IMG/VR virus record: IMGVR_UViG_3300048625_000166
Source: a virus
Lineage: Duplodnaviria > Heunggongvirae > Uroviricota > Caudoviricetes
Reading direction: 5' to 3' (one strand)
DNA length: 64,000 nt
A program made the translations under genes and the position numbers. Each line of letters opens with the position of its first letter. Within the stretch, counting starts at the first letter, position 1. The notes beneath the pieces are model-generated. The model saw only the letters and a list, made by a program, of their open reading frames with translations, did not search any database and was not told the origin of the DNA. Below, in pieces: positions 1 to 10,055 of this stretch.

Positions 1-366
1 GTTAGTAAGATTGACCAGACACTACATCAGCCACCTCCAACAGCTATCGCTCCAGCGATGATGAGCATGGGCACTGATTTGTGCGTTACCGGTGTTAGTG
101 GCGCAACACAAACTCAAATCTTTGGCTTGAGCTTTGGCTCTACCATGCGTGATGCGAACTGTGAACGACTAAAGCTATCAAAGACTTTATTCGACATGGG
201 CATGAAGGTGGCGGCAGTTGCCACAATGTGTCAAGATCGCCGTATCTGGGATGCTATGATGCAAGCTGGCACACCTTGCCCATATGAAGGCAAGATTGGT
301 GAGCAAGCACGTGAAGCATGGGAAGCAAACCCTAAAAAGATTCCTACTATCGGCTTGAAAGAGTAA
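1..366 (+). CDS. Hypothetical phage protein, 5'-truncated by the window edge
   Basis: Frame is open from base 1 (VSKIDQTLHQPPPTAIAPAM...) to TAA at 364-366; Cys-containing CVTGVSGA...NCERLKLSK segment. Confidence 0.7.
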   Translation, partial: VSKIDQTLHQPPPTAIAPAMMSMGTDLCVTGVSGATQTQIFGLSFGSTMRDANCERLKLSKTLFDMGMKVAAVATMCQDRRIWDAMMQAGTPCPYEGKIGEQAREAWEANPKKIPTIGLKE

Positions 367-367
367 G

Positions 368-2254
368 ATGAAGGGACTAGTACTCGGCTTGATGTTATTG
401 AGCAATTCAGTTTTTGCTCAATACATACAAAACGTGGGTATGATTGATGGTGCTACTGGTAACTTAGTATACACCTCTGTCAATCCACCACCTCCTGGCG
501 CCGATCCAGTTACTTGGTCTGGCTTTACGGGCACAACTTCAACTGGTGGCGGATACAGCGGCGGCTATATGCCAGGATACAATTCAACCACTGGCACCTT
601 CATGTTTGGTTATAGTAGAGGAACTATAGCGTATTCGACTCCAGTTAACTATGCATTAGCAATGGCCGGTACAAATATTCAGGTGAATGGGTTTAAGTAT
701 TCTTGGGAGTATATTAACCAAGACTACAGCAGAGGAACACTTAGTGGTAATATTAACTTGACTAGCAACACTGGTCAAGTATTGCAGAACTACAACTATA
801 ATATGCCACAGACAACTGCTGGCTGGACAACAATGAGTGGCATAGAAAACTTCAACACTCAGTATGCCGCATCATCATTGGGCCGTCTAAATGTCAGTTT
901 CACTGGCAAAGATGATAGATTCTGGGCTGGTTACTATGGTCCACAAATTAGAGATATCGATGTGAAGTTGTTATATAGCGTTGCACCTCCTCCTGTGCCA
1001 ACGGACTTTCTAAAGTGGGTTCCTCTTACAAATGAAAACGGAGAGTTCACACTTACTAAGCCAGGTGTGGTTCGCTACGGTGCTAATGATGTGTATGTTT
1101 ATCATGAATTTCAAGCTGGCACGTATAGCTGTACTAACAGTGCTTGGGGCATTGATCCACTTAGTGGTGTTGGCAAATCTTGTTCACTAGGCACAAACAC
1201 ATCCACAACAACTACTCCCACAGTTACTAAGACTACCACAACTGATACTTACACTAGTGGTGTGACATTGTTGGAACCAGTAACAACTGCATCGACACCT
1301 ACTACCACAACGGTAGCAACACCGACAGTAGATTCTACATCCTTGCCAACTAGTTCCGCACCACAAACAAGTGTGATTAGTGCGGTTGTTTCTGCACCAG
1401 CACCGACTACTTCAACGAGTACAACGACTGCAAGTACCTCAACCATATCGAGTACACAGAGTTCAAAAGAATCAAGTGGGTCAAGTGGTTCAACTAGTTT
1501 GGCACTAAGCATTATCAGTAAGAACAATGAACGTGATGCCGCTGGATCAGCAGTTGCACAATCAGCAATGGCACAAGCACAACAGGCGGCAACTCAAGCA
1601 CAACAGGATGCCGCTAATGTAGCATCAAACGCAGTGTCAAACAGCGTGAGTGCTAACGCAGTGTCAATTGGTGGTCAGCAATCAACTGGTAATGGAATCA
1701 GAGCTACATCAAGTGGTAGTTCATCTGTATTGGCGTCGAACGCTTCCTTGTCTATTGGCACAACAGGAACTGCACAGCAACTAGTAATATCACAACAGCC
1801 TGGCACTACTTCTGTTATTAACACAACAACACAAAGCGCAACTGCACAGACAGCATCCGCATATACACAGCAGAACGTTAGCACGACAATGCAAACGCAA
1901 GAGACTTACGTGTTGGTTCAACCTAATACACTAACTGACAGAACAAACCCACTGACCGATATCGTTGAGGGTAAACAATCCGTTCCTCAAAGTAATTCAG
2001 TGGGAATGACAGGCCCTGCAGTGAATAAAAATGCACAGGACAATGACATTGCAGGTGGCGTATCTATCAACAAAATGGCTACTGCGCCTAATGGATACGG
2101 AGACTACTTAAACTTTACTATGCGTGATGTTGCATTCTACGCACCAAAGGAAGTTTACAAGAATCAACGTAACGTTGATAACCAACGTGCATTGCGTACA
2201 CTAACCAGTGACAGCAAGCACAGAGAAATGGTGGAGATGCAATATGCTAAATGA
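368..2254 (+). CDS. Large secreted/virion-like protein with Thr/Ser/Ala-rich linker
   Basis: 628-aa ORF; signal-peptide-like N-terminus, small disulfide module (SCTNSAWGIDPLSGVGKSC), low-complexity stalk. Confidence 0.7.
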   Translation: MKGLVLGLMLLSNSVFAQYIQNVGMIDGATGNLVYTSVNPPPPGADPVTWSGFTGTTSTGGGYSGGYMPGYNSTTGTFMFGYSRGTIAYSTPVNYALAMAGTNIQVNGFKYSWEYINQDYSRGTLSGNINLTSNTGQVLQNYNYNMPQTTAGWTTMSGIENFNTQYAASSLGRLNVSFTGKDDRFWAGYYGPQIRDIDVKLLYSVAPPPVPTDFLKWVPLTNENGEFTLTKPGVVRYGANDVYVYHEFQAGTYSCTNSAWGIDPLSGVGKSCSLGTNTSTTTTPTVTKTTTTDTYTSGVTLLEPVTTASTPTTTTVATPTVDSTSLPTSSAPQTSVISAVVSAPAPTTSTSTTTASTSTISSTQSSKESSGSSGSTSLALSIISKNNERDAAGSAVAQSAMAQAQQAATQAQQDAANVASNAVSNSVSANAVSIGGQQSTGNGIRATSSGSSSVLASNASLSIGTTGTAQQLVISQQPGTTSVINTTTQSATAQTASAYTQQNVSTTMQTQETYVLVQPNTLTDRTNPLTDIVEGKQSVPQSNSVGMTGPAVNKNAQDNDIAGGVSINKMATAPNGYGDYLNFTMRDVAFYAPKEVYKNQRNVDNQRALRTLTSDSKHREMVEMQYAK

Positions 2255-2380
2255 GATTATTAATTGGAATACAACTGCAATGATTATCGTCGCAGTGTTG
2301 AGTATACATGCCGGAATCAAACTAATAAACCGAATGTTTGAAAACCTAGGCAAGAAAAAGAATTCATTATTTTAAAGGAA

Positions 2381-2953
2381 GTGAATATGTCAGAAGAAAT
2401 TAAAGACTTAAACAGTCAAGTCGATAAACTAGAGGAAGCCGCTAAGAAGTATGCGAGTAAAGATACAGTCATTAGCATTGGTGGTTATGAGTTTACGCCA
2501 GCAAAGTTAATGGTTGCATTCACAATTGTGTCTTCAACTCTCGGCGGGCTTTATGGATGTTTTGAGGTCTACAAAGACTACACAAGCATGAAAAAACACA
2601 TCGCGGAATACGTTGCACCTGATCTATCTGTATTTGATAAACGTTTAGCCGTTATCGAAGAAAATAGCCAGAAGTCAACTGACTACACCCGTGATATCAA
2701 AAACGATTTAAAGAACGATATCCGTCGTTTGGAAGGAGTAGTTGAGAATGTAGAACGTAGTCAAAAACAAACTGCTAGAGAAACGGATGTTGCAGTGCGT
2801 GAAGTTCAAACCGAAGTGCGTAATACAACTCGCAGTGTCGAACAGGAACTACGTAAGAACACCCGTGAGATGGAACAGTCAGTAAAGAACATACAAAGAG
2901 AAGTTGACCAAAAAATCAAACAGGCTATTGACAATCCACTAGCAAACAAGTAA
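2381..2953 (+). CDS. Membrane-anchored coiled-coil protein
   Basis: AAGGA RBS; one hydrophobic helix followed by heptad-rich C-terminus. Confidence 0.65.
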   Translation: MNMSEEIKDLNSQVDKLEEAAKKYASKDTVISIGGYEFTPAKLMVAFTIVSSTLGGLYGCFEVYKDYTSMKKHIAEYVAPDLSVFDKRLAVIEENSQKSTDYTRDIKNDLKNDIRRLEGVVENVERSQKQTARETDVAVREVQTEVRNTTRSVEQELRKNTREMEQSVKNIQREVDQKIKQAIDNPLANK

Positions 2954-2962
2954 AATGATTGA

Positions 2963-3523
2963 ATGAAAATCACAGAACTTGAAAAGAAAATGCCCCATCT
3001 GTATCTTGATATGGATGGGGTTCAAGCTGACTTCTTTGGTGCATGGGCTGACAAGCATAACGTTAGTCACTGGAGAGCTATCCAGGACAAAGAAGGTGAA
3101 ATCGAAGAACTGGCAAACAGTACACCAGAACAAGTCTACGATTTCTTCCGCAAGCTAAAACCACTACCAGGTGGACAACTAATTATCAATTGGTTGAAAG
3201 AAAACAAAATCCCCTTTACCGTACTGAGTGCTCCTCTACGGGGCCCATACGCCGATGTTAGTAAGCAAGCCAAACGTGATTGGTTAGATGAACATAATCC
3301 AGGTACTAGCGAAGATGCTATCTTTACTAGCGGCAAGCAAAAGTACGCAGTGACAGATGGTGTTGCTAATGTACTAGTTGACGATTTTGGACCCTATATC
3401 CAAAAATGGACAGATGCTGGCGGCATACCCGTCAAGCATGAGGATGAATCAGAAGTTGCAAGTGCCGCTGAGGACACTATTGAGAAACTAGAAAAGATTT
3501 ATTCTCCTTATCTAAAACGATAA
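2963..3523 (+). CDS. 5'(3')-deoxyribonucleotidase, HAD family (NT5C-like)
   Basis: LYLDMDGVQADF (DxDGV) motif, ILSAP-like LSAP, LVDD motif. Confidence 0.85.
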   Translation: MKITELEKKMPHLYLDMDGVQADFFGAWADKHNVSHWRAIQDKEGEIEELANSTPEQVYDFFRKLKPLPGGQLIINWLKENKIPFTVLSAPLRGPYADVSKQAKRDWLDEHNPGTSEDAIFTSGKQKYAVTDGVANVLVDDFGPYIQKWTDAGGIPVKHEDESEVASAAEDTIEKLEKIYSPYLKR

Positions 3524-3530
3524 GTAGTAG

Positions 3531-3716
3531 ATGACTGCTCCAGGACAAAACCAAACACGTTACGAAGTTATAACACAAGAAGATCCAGAAACTGGTGATC
3601 TTCTTATGCCTATTCCACCTGAACTATTGAAAAGTCTGGGATGGAAAGAAGGCGACGAAATAGAATTCGGCATCGACGACTCTGGTAATTATATTCTAAA
3701 ACGAGTTGATAAATGA
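3531..3716 (+). CDS. AbrB/MazE/SpoVT-type DNA-binding protein
   Basis: MPIPPELLKSLGWKEGDEIEF pattern. Confidence 0.75.
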   Translation: MTAPGQNQTRYEVITQEDPETGDLLMPIPPELLKSLGWKEGDEIEFGIDDSGNYILKRVDK

Positions 3717-4120
3717 GCGAATACGACATAGATTTATCGGACATGGCTTACACAACACTAACATCACCTAATTCAAGTTTAGTCCGGGGTGCAACTGGAA
3801 CAACAGCAACAAACAACGTATACACAGTAGCAGGATCAAACGGGTCAAGTGCCATGTGGTCTGATACTGTTACTATATCTGCGGCACCCCACCCATCACT
3901 TGCAGTAAAAGGTGATGCCACGTTTGAAGGCGATGTTAAAATCAATGGCAAGTCAATCGGTGACTCACTTGAGCGTATTGAAGAACGACTAGCTATCTTA
4001 CGTCCTAACGAAGAACTAGAAGAAAAGTGGGAAAACTTACGTGGCTTACGTAAGATGTATATGGACCTCGAAGCTGAGATTATTGAGAAAGAAAAGATGT
4101 GGGGTATACTCAAAAAGTGA
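3713..4120 (+). CDS. Hypothetical phage protein
   Basis: 135-aa ORF with ATGA overlap to upstream gene. Confidence 0.7.
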   Translation: MSEYDIDLSDMAYTTLTSPNSSLVRGATGTTATNNVYTVAGSNGSSAMWSDTVTISAAPHPSLAVKGDATFEGDVKINGKSIGDSLERIEERLAILRPNEELEEKWENLRGLRKMYMDLEAEIIEKEKMWGILKK

Positions 4121-4123
4121 TAC

Positions 4124-4151
4124 TTGACAATTAACTAAATTCCAATATAAT
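4124..4151 (+). promoter_or_regulatory. sigma70-type promoter
   Basis: TTGACA-16 nt-TATAAT. Confidence 0.7.
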
Positions 4152-4181
4152 AGCGCATATATCAACTATGTCCAAACAGCC

Positions 4182-4577
4182 ATGACAATGCATCTCGCAC
4201 ATCCCTCCCTTTCCATGGGTGGCAAGCGCAAAGGCAAAAAGAAATTTCGCAATGCAGACGAAGCACGTAAAGCACGTGAGCTTGATGCTGAGTGGGAACA
4301 AAAGCAAAAAGAGTGGGCTAAACTCAGTCCACTTGCTAACAAAAAAACAACATTCAAGCCTGCACCTTCCCTGAGTCCGCAGATTCCTGCAGGCCGTGAT
4401 ACAACTCGTCACATCAAGAGTCTAGACACTGGTCACACTGGTGCAATCGCTAGTAAACAAATCCCACAGTACACTGGCACTAAGATCATCGGCATTGGCA
4501 CCCTGCACAAATCAAATGCTGTGCCTATTTTCAGTGATGAAGAAGCGGTTGAAATTTCAAGGATGCGCCGTGGCTAA
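4182..4577 (+). CDS. Basic hypothetical phage protein
   Basis: 131-aa ORF downstream of promoter; ends IGTLHKSNAVPIFS...ISRMRRG. Confidence 0.7.
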   Translation: MTMHLAHPSLSMGGKRKGKKKFRNADEARKARELDAEWEQKQKEWAKLSPLANKKTTFKPAPSLSPQIPAGRDTTRHIKSLDTGHTGAIASKQIPQYTGTKIIGIGTLHKSNAVPIFSDEEAVEISRMRRG

Positions 4578-4821
4578 TTTCTATTTTGAGATTGCTGACT
4601 GCATGATAGACAAAGTTGGCGGCAAGTATTACATGACCAGTAAGTCAATCACTAGTAATCTTGCCGGAAAATCTCAACGACTATTAGAGTATAGCGATAG
4701 GGCTTGGTGCGAAAAAGAAGGCGCAGTCTGGTTTATTAAACACCGCATGGATCCAACTGCCGAAGTTGACTTGAAGGAATTCATGTGGATCAAACTTAGT
4801 GCGGAGGATGTACGTGGTTAA
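4570..4821 (+). CDS. Hypothetical protein, paralog of the next gene
   Basis: GTG start inferred; ends DLKEFMWIKL. Confidence 0.55.
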   Translation: MANFYFEIADCMIDKVGGKYYMTSKSITSNLAGKSQRLLEYSDRAWCEKEGAVWFIKHRMDPTAEVDLKEFMWIKLSAEDVRG

Positions 4822-5101
4822 TCAAAAAACTCCAGCAATGGTCAATCAATACTATTGTGAGTTAGAGCATGGCTATCAGAGCATTGAAGCTGGCATCTAT
4901 ACTTTCAACAAAGGCCAAGGCACAAGACACCCTGCTAGTAAATTGCGATATATAGATATTGCTGATAGAGTTTGGAAAGAAAACGAAGTTGGCGTATTTG
5001 TAATAAAAAATACTCACAAGAGCGTAGGTATACCAAACAAACTCGCAGGTGACGAGTTGAAAGAGTTTATGTGGATTAAACTCAAAGCACAAGATATTTA
5101 A
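4799..5101 (+). CDS. Hypothetical protein, paralog of the previous gene
   Basis: Shares DR(A/V)W.E..(V/G)..(I)K and ELKEFMWIKL with 4570-4821. Confidence 0.6.
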   Translation: MRRMYVVNQKTPAMVNQYYCELEHGYQSIEAGIYTFNKGQGTRHPASKLRYIDIADRVWKENEVGVFVIKNTHKSVGIPNKLAGDELKEFMWIKLKAQDI

Positions 5102-5122
5102 GGAGCGTAAAGCAAAACACAT

Positions 5123-5338
5123 ATGGCAAAAGAAGAAACTATCAATATGGAAGGTAGCGTCATTGAGGTACTACCCAATGCGACATTCCGTGTAACCCTA
5201 ACATCTGGTCAGACCGTTATGGGATTTATCTCAGGCAAGATGCGACAGCATAACATCAAGATTCTACTTGGCGACAGAGTAGAAATTGAGTTCAGTCCAT
5301 ACGACTTGAGTAAAGGACGCATTACAAGGCGCAAGTAA
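5123..5338 (+). CDS. infA: Translation initiation factor IF-1
   Basis: [24 protein letters not shown]...ISGKMR...[24 protein letters not shown]. Confidence 0.95.
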   Translation: MAKEETINMEGSVIEVLPNATFRVTLTSGQTVMGFISGKMRQHNIKILLGDRVEIEFSPYDLSKGRITRRK

Positions 5339-5958
5339 TGCAATTCTATGACAAGTATATTGGTCATTCTCTCGGCAATGACTTTAACAGTCTTGGACAT
5401 AGATGTAGAGAAATAGATGACATAAATCATCGAAATTATATATTGTTTGTTGGTGACAATATAACGCTTGGGTTAGGTACCTCCATTGAGGAAACGTATC
5501 CGTATCTAGTCAGTAAACAATTGAACATGGATTACTACAATCTTGCGGTGTTCAATGGTGGATTGGATGCATCCAAGTATAATATGATATCATGGCAAGC
5601 GAATCAACCTACGCCTAGAGCTATCGTAGTTGGACATGAGTTCTTAAATTCATTCCTTACAGCAGATCAGAATTTTCAAAACTGGAAAACATGTGATTTA
5701 TCCGATGCTAGCGTTCAGGATATTTTTGATGCTGGCAATACAAATGGCTTTTTTACCACGAGACAATTCTTAGCTGAAAAGATATTGAAGAATCTAATAA
5801 AGGTTCCTATCTATCAGATAGTGTTCAATGACAAAACACCACTGTTTACTAGTGGGATAGTCAATATAAAATATGATGGTGATCCATACAATCACACCGA
5901 TATCACGACTGTGGTAGTGAATGCAATGCGTACTAATACGAGAAAGATGCTACCATGA
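5338..5958 (+). CDS. SGNH/GDSL-like hypothetical protein
   Basis: ILFVGDNITLGLG...YPYLVS...YYNLA. Confidence 0.5.
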   Translation: MQFYDKYIGHSLGNDFNSLGHRCREIDDINHRNYILFVGDNITLGLGTSIEETYPYLVSKQLNMDYYNLAVFNGGLDASKYNMISWQANQPTPRAIVVGHEFLNSFLTADQNFQNWKTCDLSDASVQDIFDAGNTNGFFTTRQFLAEKILKNLIKVPIYQIVFNDKTPLFTSGIVNIKYDGDPYNHTDITTVVVNAMRTNTRKMLP

Positions 5959-6686
5959 AGTTTCATGGCGATTTCATAGGTTTAGACAATCAGAATCAAA
6001 TAGAACAGTTCACTGGTGGTGATTCTAAGAATCAGTTCGAGCGTCATTTGATTACTCAGCCAGATGATTGGTATTATAGAAATACAGCTATCACATATCA
6101 ATTTAACGACAATGGTCATCGTTGTAAGAACATAGAAGATGTAGACTTAGACAATTACATATTGTTCACTGGTTGCAGTCACACTATGGGAATTGGATTA
6201 GAGCTAGAAAAGACATATCCATATCTTGTCAGTAAACGTTTAGGATATGATTACTACAATCTTGCAATTCCGGCAACTGGCATAGATGTAGTTGAATACA
6301 ATTTGTTGACTTGGTGGGCAACTATAGAGAAAAAGCCAAAATACGTATTCGTGCAGTTGCCAGATCATAGTAGATTTGTGTCATATTTTGCACAATATGA
6401 TCACCTGGTAGAGCGGGGCACGTGGTCGATTGACGATAGGGATTTACGTTTCATTGTGAATGGCGAAGACTCTGGATTCTTTCATGCCAGAAAGATTCTT
6501 CATCTAAATAACATTAAGAATACAGTGAATGTGCCATTGTACACATTTAACTTTGGGGCACAAGTTTCATATGGATCAGAAGACTGGTGTATGAAACAGA
6601 TAGATAAAGCAAGAGACTTATCTCACAGTGGGATATTGTCCAATATTGAGTTTTCGAATCAAGTTTGTAATAGGATACCATTATGA
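5955..6686 (+). CDS. SGNH/GDSL-like hypothetical protein (paralog of upstream gene)
   Basis: ILFTGCSHTMGIG...YPYLVS...YYNLA. Confidence 0.5.
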   Translation: MKFHGDFIGLDNQNQIEQFTGGDSKNQFERHLITQPDDWYYRNTAITYQFNDNGHRCKNIEDVDLDNYILFTGCSHTMGIGLELEKTYPYLVSKRLGYDYYNLAIPATGIDVVEYNLLTWWATIEKKPKYVFVQLPDHSRFVSYFAQYDHLVERGTWSIDDRDLRFIVNGEDSGFFHARKILHLNNIKNTVNVPLYTFNFGAQVSYGSEDWCMKQIDKARDLSHSGILSNIEFSNQVCNRIPL

Positions 6687-7003
6687 TAACATTAACAGAA
6701 TCGGCAATTGCCAAAATAGCAGAAGTATTAGAGGACGAGAGTCCAAGTTCCAGACTTAGAATGTATGTCCAGGGCGGTGGATGCGCTGGTTTCTCATATG
6801 GATTTACCATCGACGATCAAACTAACGACGATGACTTTGAAATCCCAGCTGGCGCTACGACAGTTCTAGTTGATAGCATGAGCGCACAGTATTTGACTGG
6901 TAGCACAGTAGATTATGAGGAAAGTCTAATGGGTGCCAGCTTTAAAATCAAGAATCCACAAGCACAATCTACCTGCGGATGCGGAGCCAGTTTTAGCGCA
7001 TAA
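6683..7003 (+). CDS. erpA: A-type Fe-S cluster carrier (ErpA/IscA/HesB)
   Basis: GGGCAGFSY, LVDSMSAQYL, NPQAQSTCGCGASF. Confidence 0.9.
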   Translation: MITLTESAIAKIAEVLEDESPSSRLRMYVQGGGCAGFSYGFTIDDQTNDDDFEIPAGATTVLVDSMSAQYLTGSTVDYEESLMGASFKIKNPQAQSTCGCGASFSA

Positions 7004-7030
7004 TCCAGAGTTGCCCGTTTCTCCTTTATT

Positions 7031-7038
7031 GATAAATA
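7031..7038 (+). promoter_or_regulatory. T4-like late promoter motif (ATAAATA)
   Basis: GATAAATA upstream of fibre-like gene; the motif recurs before many genes in the window. Confidence 0.55.
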
Positions 7039-7057
7039 CAATAATAAGGATGAAAAC

Positions 7058-8287
7058 ATGGCAATTCCAGGCATTCAAGTCATTAATGTTGGCTTACCTA
7101 ATGAATCAGCAAACAGCGATTCAATACGTAACGCATTTAACAAAACCGTAACTAATTTTAACACTCTATTCGATAACGCTAGTCCGTATAATACATACAC
7201 TGGCAACACTGGCATTTCAGTAGCGGCAAATGCTACTAGCGGCACAGTAGACATAACGAATACAGGCGTCACTAACATCATAGCTGGTACTAACATTGTT
7301 GTTAGTCAAGCGAATGGTAACGTAACAATCTCTGCTACTGGCGGAGGTGGTGGATCTGGAGGCACAGTCACCAGCGTTGGCATCGTGCCAGGAAGCACAA
7401 GTAGACTGACTGTTTCAAACAGCCCAGTAGTGTCTGCTGGCAACATGACAATCGACTTGGCCACTAGTGGTGCGATTGCTGGCTCATATGTATATCCAGC
7501 AATCACAGTTGATAGCTATGGTCGTGTTACTAACATTGCAAATGGCGCTAGCGTTGGCACTGTCACTAGCGTTGGTATTACCCCTGGTGCAGGTATCCAA
7601 GTCACTGGAACTAACCCAATAACGACTTCTGGCACACTTACAGTGGTGAACACTGGCGTAACTAGTTTGAGCGCTGGTACGGGCATTATGCTAAGTGGAA
7701 GTAACGGTAACGTCACTATCAGTACTAGCACATCAGGTGGTACCGTAACTAGTATTGTACTCAGTAGTTCAACATTAACAGTAACTGGTAGTCCAATTAC
7801 CAGTGCTGGCACAATCACTGTAGATTTGCCAAGCACGATAACCTTGTCTGGTAACATCACAGGTGGTAACTTAAAGACTGCTGGTATAGTATCTGCTACT
7901 GGCAATATTAGTGGTGGCAATCTATTGTCATCAGGCGGAATCCTCTCAAACAACAGTTCTGGCATTGGTTATGCAACAGGCTCAGGTGGCACAGTCACTC
8001 AACTAACATCACGCACAACTGGTGTAACAATCAACAAGATTTCTGGCGCAATCACTCTATTCTCTGCCGCTGGCACATCATCATATACAACGTTTACTGT
8101 CACGAACAGCACAGTAGCGGCAACTGACGTAATTATCGTCAATCAAAAATCTGGTACTGACAAGTATGAAGCATTCGTAACTAACGTTTCATCTGGTAGT
8201 TTTGACATTACTTTCTCAGATACTTCAGGTACAACTACTGAGCAACCAGTATTCAATTTCGCTGTTATCAAGGCAGTGGCGGCATAA
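7058..8287 (+). CDS. Virion fibre/baseplate-associated structural protein
   Basis: N-terminal DSIRNAFNKTVTNFNTLF attachment-type motif; repeated GTVTSV Gly/Thr/Ser-rich modules. Confidence 0.65.
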   Translation: MAIPGIQVINVGLPNESANSDSIRNAFNKTVTNFNTLFDNASPYNTYTGNTGISVAANATSGTVDITNTGVTNIIAGTNIVVSQANGNVTISATGGGGGSGGTVTSVGIVPGSTSRLTVSNSPVVSAGNMTIDLATSGAIAGSYVYPAITVDSYGRVTNIANGASVGTVTSVGITPGAGIQVTGTNPITTSGTLTVVNTGVTSLSAGTGIMLSGSNGNVTISTSTSGGTVTSIVLSSSTLTVTGSPITSAGTITVDLPSTITLSGNITGGNLKTAGIVSATGNISGGNLLSSGGILSNNSSGIGYATGSGGTVTQLTSRTTGVTINKISGAITLFSAAGTSSYTTFTVTNSTVAATDVIIVNQKSGTDKYEAFVTNVSSGSFDITFSDTSGTTTEQPVFNFAVIKAVAA

Positions 8288-8296
8288 GGATAAGAA

Positions 8297-9976
8297 ATGA
8301 TAATCGGATCAATAACAATAACATCTTTAGACTCAATCGGCAACAATGTTGCTGGCGATACTCTAATACCGGTTGTAAACATGGATGGTGTCCCAACGAC
8401 ACAAAAGATGACAGTGGCCAACTTAATGCAAGCTGGCATAGGAGCTAATCTAGGACCTGTTGCTAATGTGACAATCTCAGGTGGCACTAACGGATACGTA
8501 CTACAAACAGATGGTACTGGTAATTTAAGTTGGACTGCTCAGACTGGTGGGGGCGGTAACGGATCAGTGGGCGGTGCGAACACACAAGTTCAATTCAATG
8601 ATGCTGGTAATTTCGGCGGCGATACTGGATTTACATTTGATAAAACCACCGGTGCATTAGCAGTTACGAAACTAGATACAGCGACGGTGTATCACTTAAA
8701 TGGTGTAGTTGTAGAAAACGCTGATTTAACACACGGTGCAACTTCTGCACTAATTATTCCAACAAATGGAAACACAACTAATCCAGCACAGTTAAACAAC
8801 TTTTATGGAAACGTTATTGTCACTAGTGGTGTTGATGTTGACCATCTTAAGGTATGGACATTTAATGCTAATGGCGCAATCACTTTTCCTAATCAACCTA
8901 CTAATCAGCGAACTGGTAGTGGCGAAGCACTAATGTTTGCCAAAACAGGCACTCAGAAAATAATTGGCACACAAACAGGAACAGCAAATATACCAGTCGT
9001 AGAACGATTAGTAGTTGCAGGTGGTGATGGATTTGATACTGGTGAAGGTGGTGATATCTATCTATGGGCCGGCTCAAGTGGAGCCAACGGTGGCGGCGGC
9101 GGTGATATCAAAGTAGATGGTGGCACTGGCTACAATGGTAGCGAGGGAGGTACTATTAAGATTCGCGGTGGACAGAGTAATGACACTGGTAATGGTGCTG
9201 GATATGGCGGTTTTGTTGAAATCTATGCCGGTAGTGGCAAGTACGGTGCACCAGTTGACATTCGTTCCGGTCAAGGTGACAGTCAAGCTAATAGTGCTGA
9301 TATCAGATTGAACACACCGTACGGCGGACAGTGGACGTTTGATAATTATGGCAACTTAACACTACCAAGTGGCGGCAAACTAGGCTATGCTGGCATGGGA
9401 TGGACAGGTCTGCATGGTGCTAATACTGGGACTCCGTTGGAAGTAACGGCATACACTAATACTGGAAATACTTCTTCACAACTATTCCTTAATAATAATG
9501 GAAGTCTAGCACTCTTTACTTCCGATGAAGCTAACGCAAACTCTTATTCATGGAATTATAACAGCAATGGTAGTTTGACATTACCTAATATTGGTGTAGG
9601 TGTCGGATTAGATGAACAAACAGTAATTCAAAGTCAACGTAAGATTATACCACCAAATCGTTATAGCGCATTAATTGATGGTAATACACCAACTGTAGTT
9701 TATACTGCTAGTCAGGGTTCATTATCACTAAAAACAACACTTGTTGTCCAACATGCTGGTTTTGGATTAGAGATGTTTGATGTGTCCGCAGTCAGTGCGG
9801 GCGCTAATGTTATCTATAGTGTAAGCAATAGATTGAATGCTACTGGTCAACCTGATACTACAGCAGTAGTTGATTGGGATAGTACTCAACTAGCAATAAC
9901 ATTGACTGTTAATTCAGGCGCAACTACAAGTTGGGTAACATACGATTCTACCGAATTCGGTATCGCAGTAGACTAA
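8297..9976 (+). CDS. Tail-fibre-like structural protein
   Basis: GGTNGYVLQTDGTGNLSW and GGANTQVQFNDAGNFGG fibre motifs; Gly-rich repeats. Confidence 0.65.
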   Translation: MIIGSITITSLDSIGNNVAGDTLIPVVNMDGVPTTQKMTVANLMQAGIGANLGPVANVTISGGTNGYVLQTDGTGNLSWTAQTGGGGNGSVGGANTQVQFNDAGNFGGDTGFTFDKTTGALAVTKLDTATVYHLNGVVVENADLTHGATSALIIPTNGNTTNPAQLNNFYGNVIVTSGVDVDHLKVWTFNANGAITFPNQPTNQRTGSGEALMFAKTGTQKIIGTQTGTANIPVVERLVVAGGDGFDTGEGGDIYLWAGSSGANGGGGGDIKVDGGTGYNGSEGGTIKIRGGQSNDTGNGAGYGGFVEIYAGSGKYGAPVDIRSGQGDSQANSADIRLNTPYGGQWTFDNYGNLTLPSGGKLGYAGMGWTGLHGANTGTPLEVTAYTNTGNTSSQLFLNNNGSLALFTSDEANANSYSWNYNSNGSLTLPNIGVGVGLDEQTVIQSQRKIIPPNRYSALIDGNTPTVVYTASQGSLSLKTTLVVQHAGFGLEMFDVSAVSAGANVIYSVSNRLNATGQPDTTAVVDWDSTQLAITLTVNSGATTSWVTYDSTEFGIAVD

Positions 9977-10029
9977 TAACAGTGGTACAACCCAAGTTGT
10001 AAATTGGGGCTATACAAAGCTATAAAATG

Positions 10030-10055
10030 AAAAAGCCCCTCACTTGGGGCTTTTT
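10030..10055. terminator. Bidirectional intrinsic terminator between convergent gene blocks
   Basis: AAAAAGCCCC-TCACTT-GGGGCTTTTT. Confidence 0.85.

Noticed and set aside
1200-1900. Tandem DNA repeat in the 628-aa gene
   Set aside because: Only protein-level Thr/Ser/Ala low complexity; no regular nucleotide repeat unit
7075-9311. Minus-strand ORFs inside the fibre genes
   Set aside because: Antisense shadows produced by Gly/Thr/Ser codon bias
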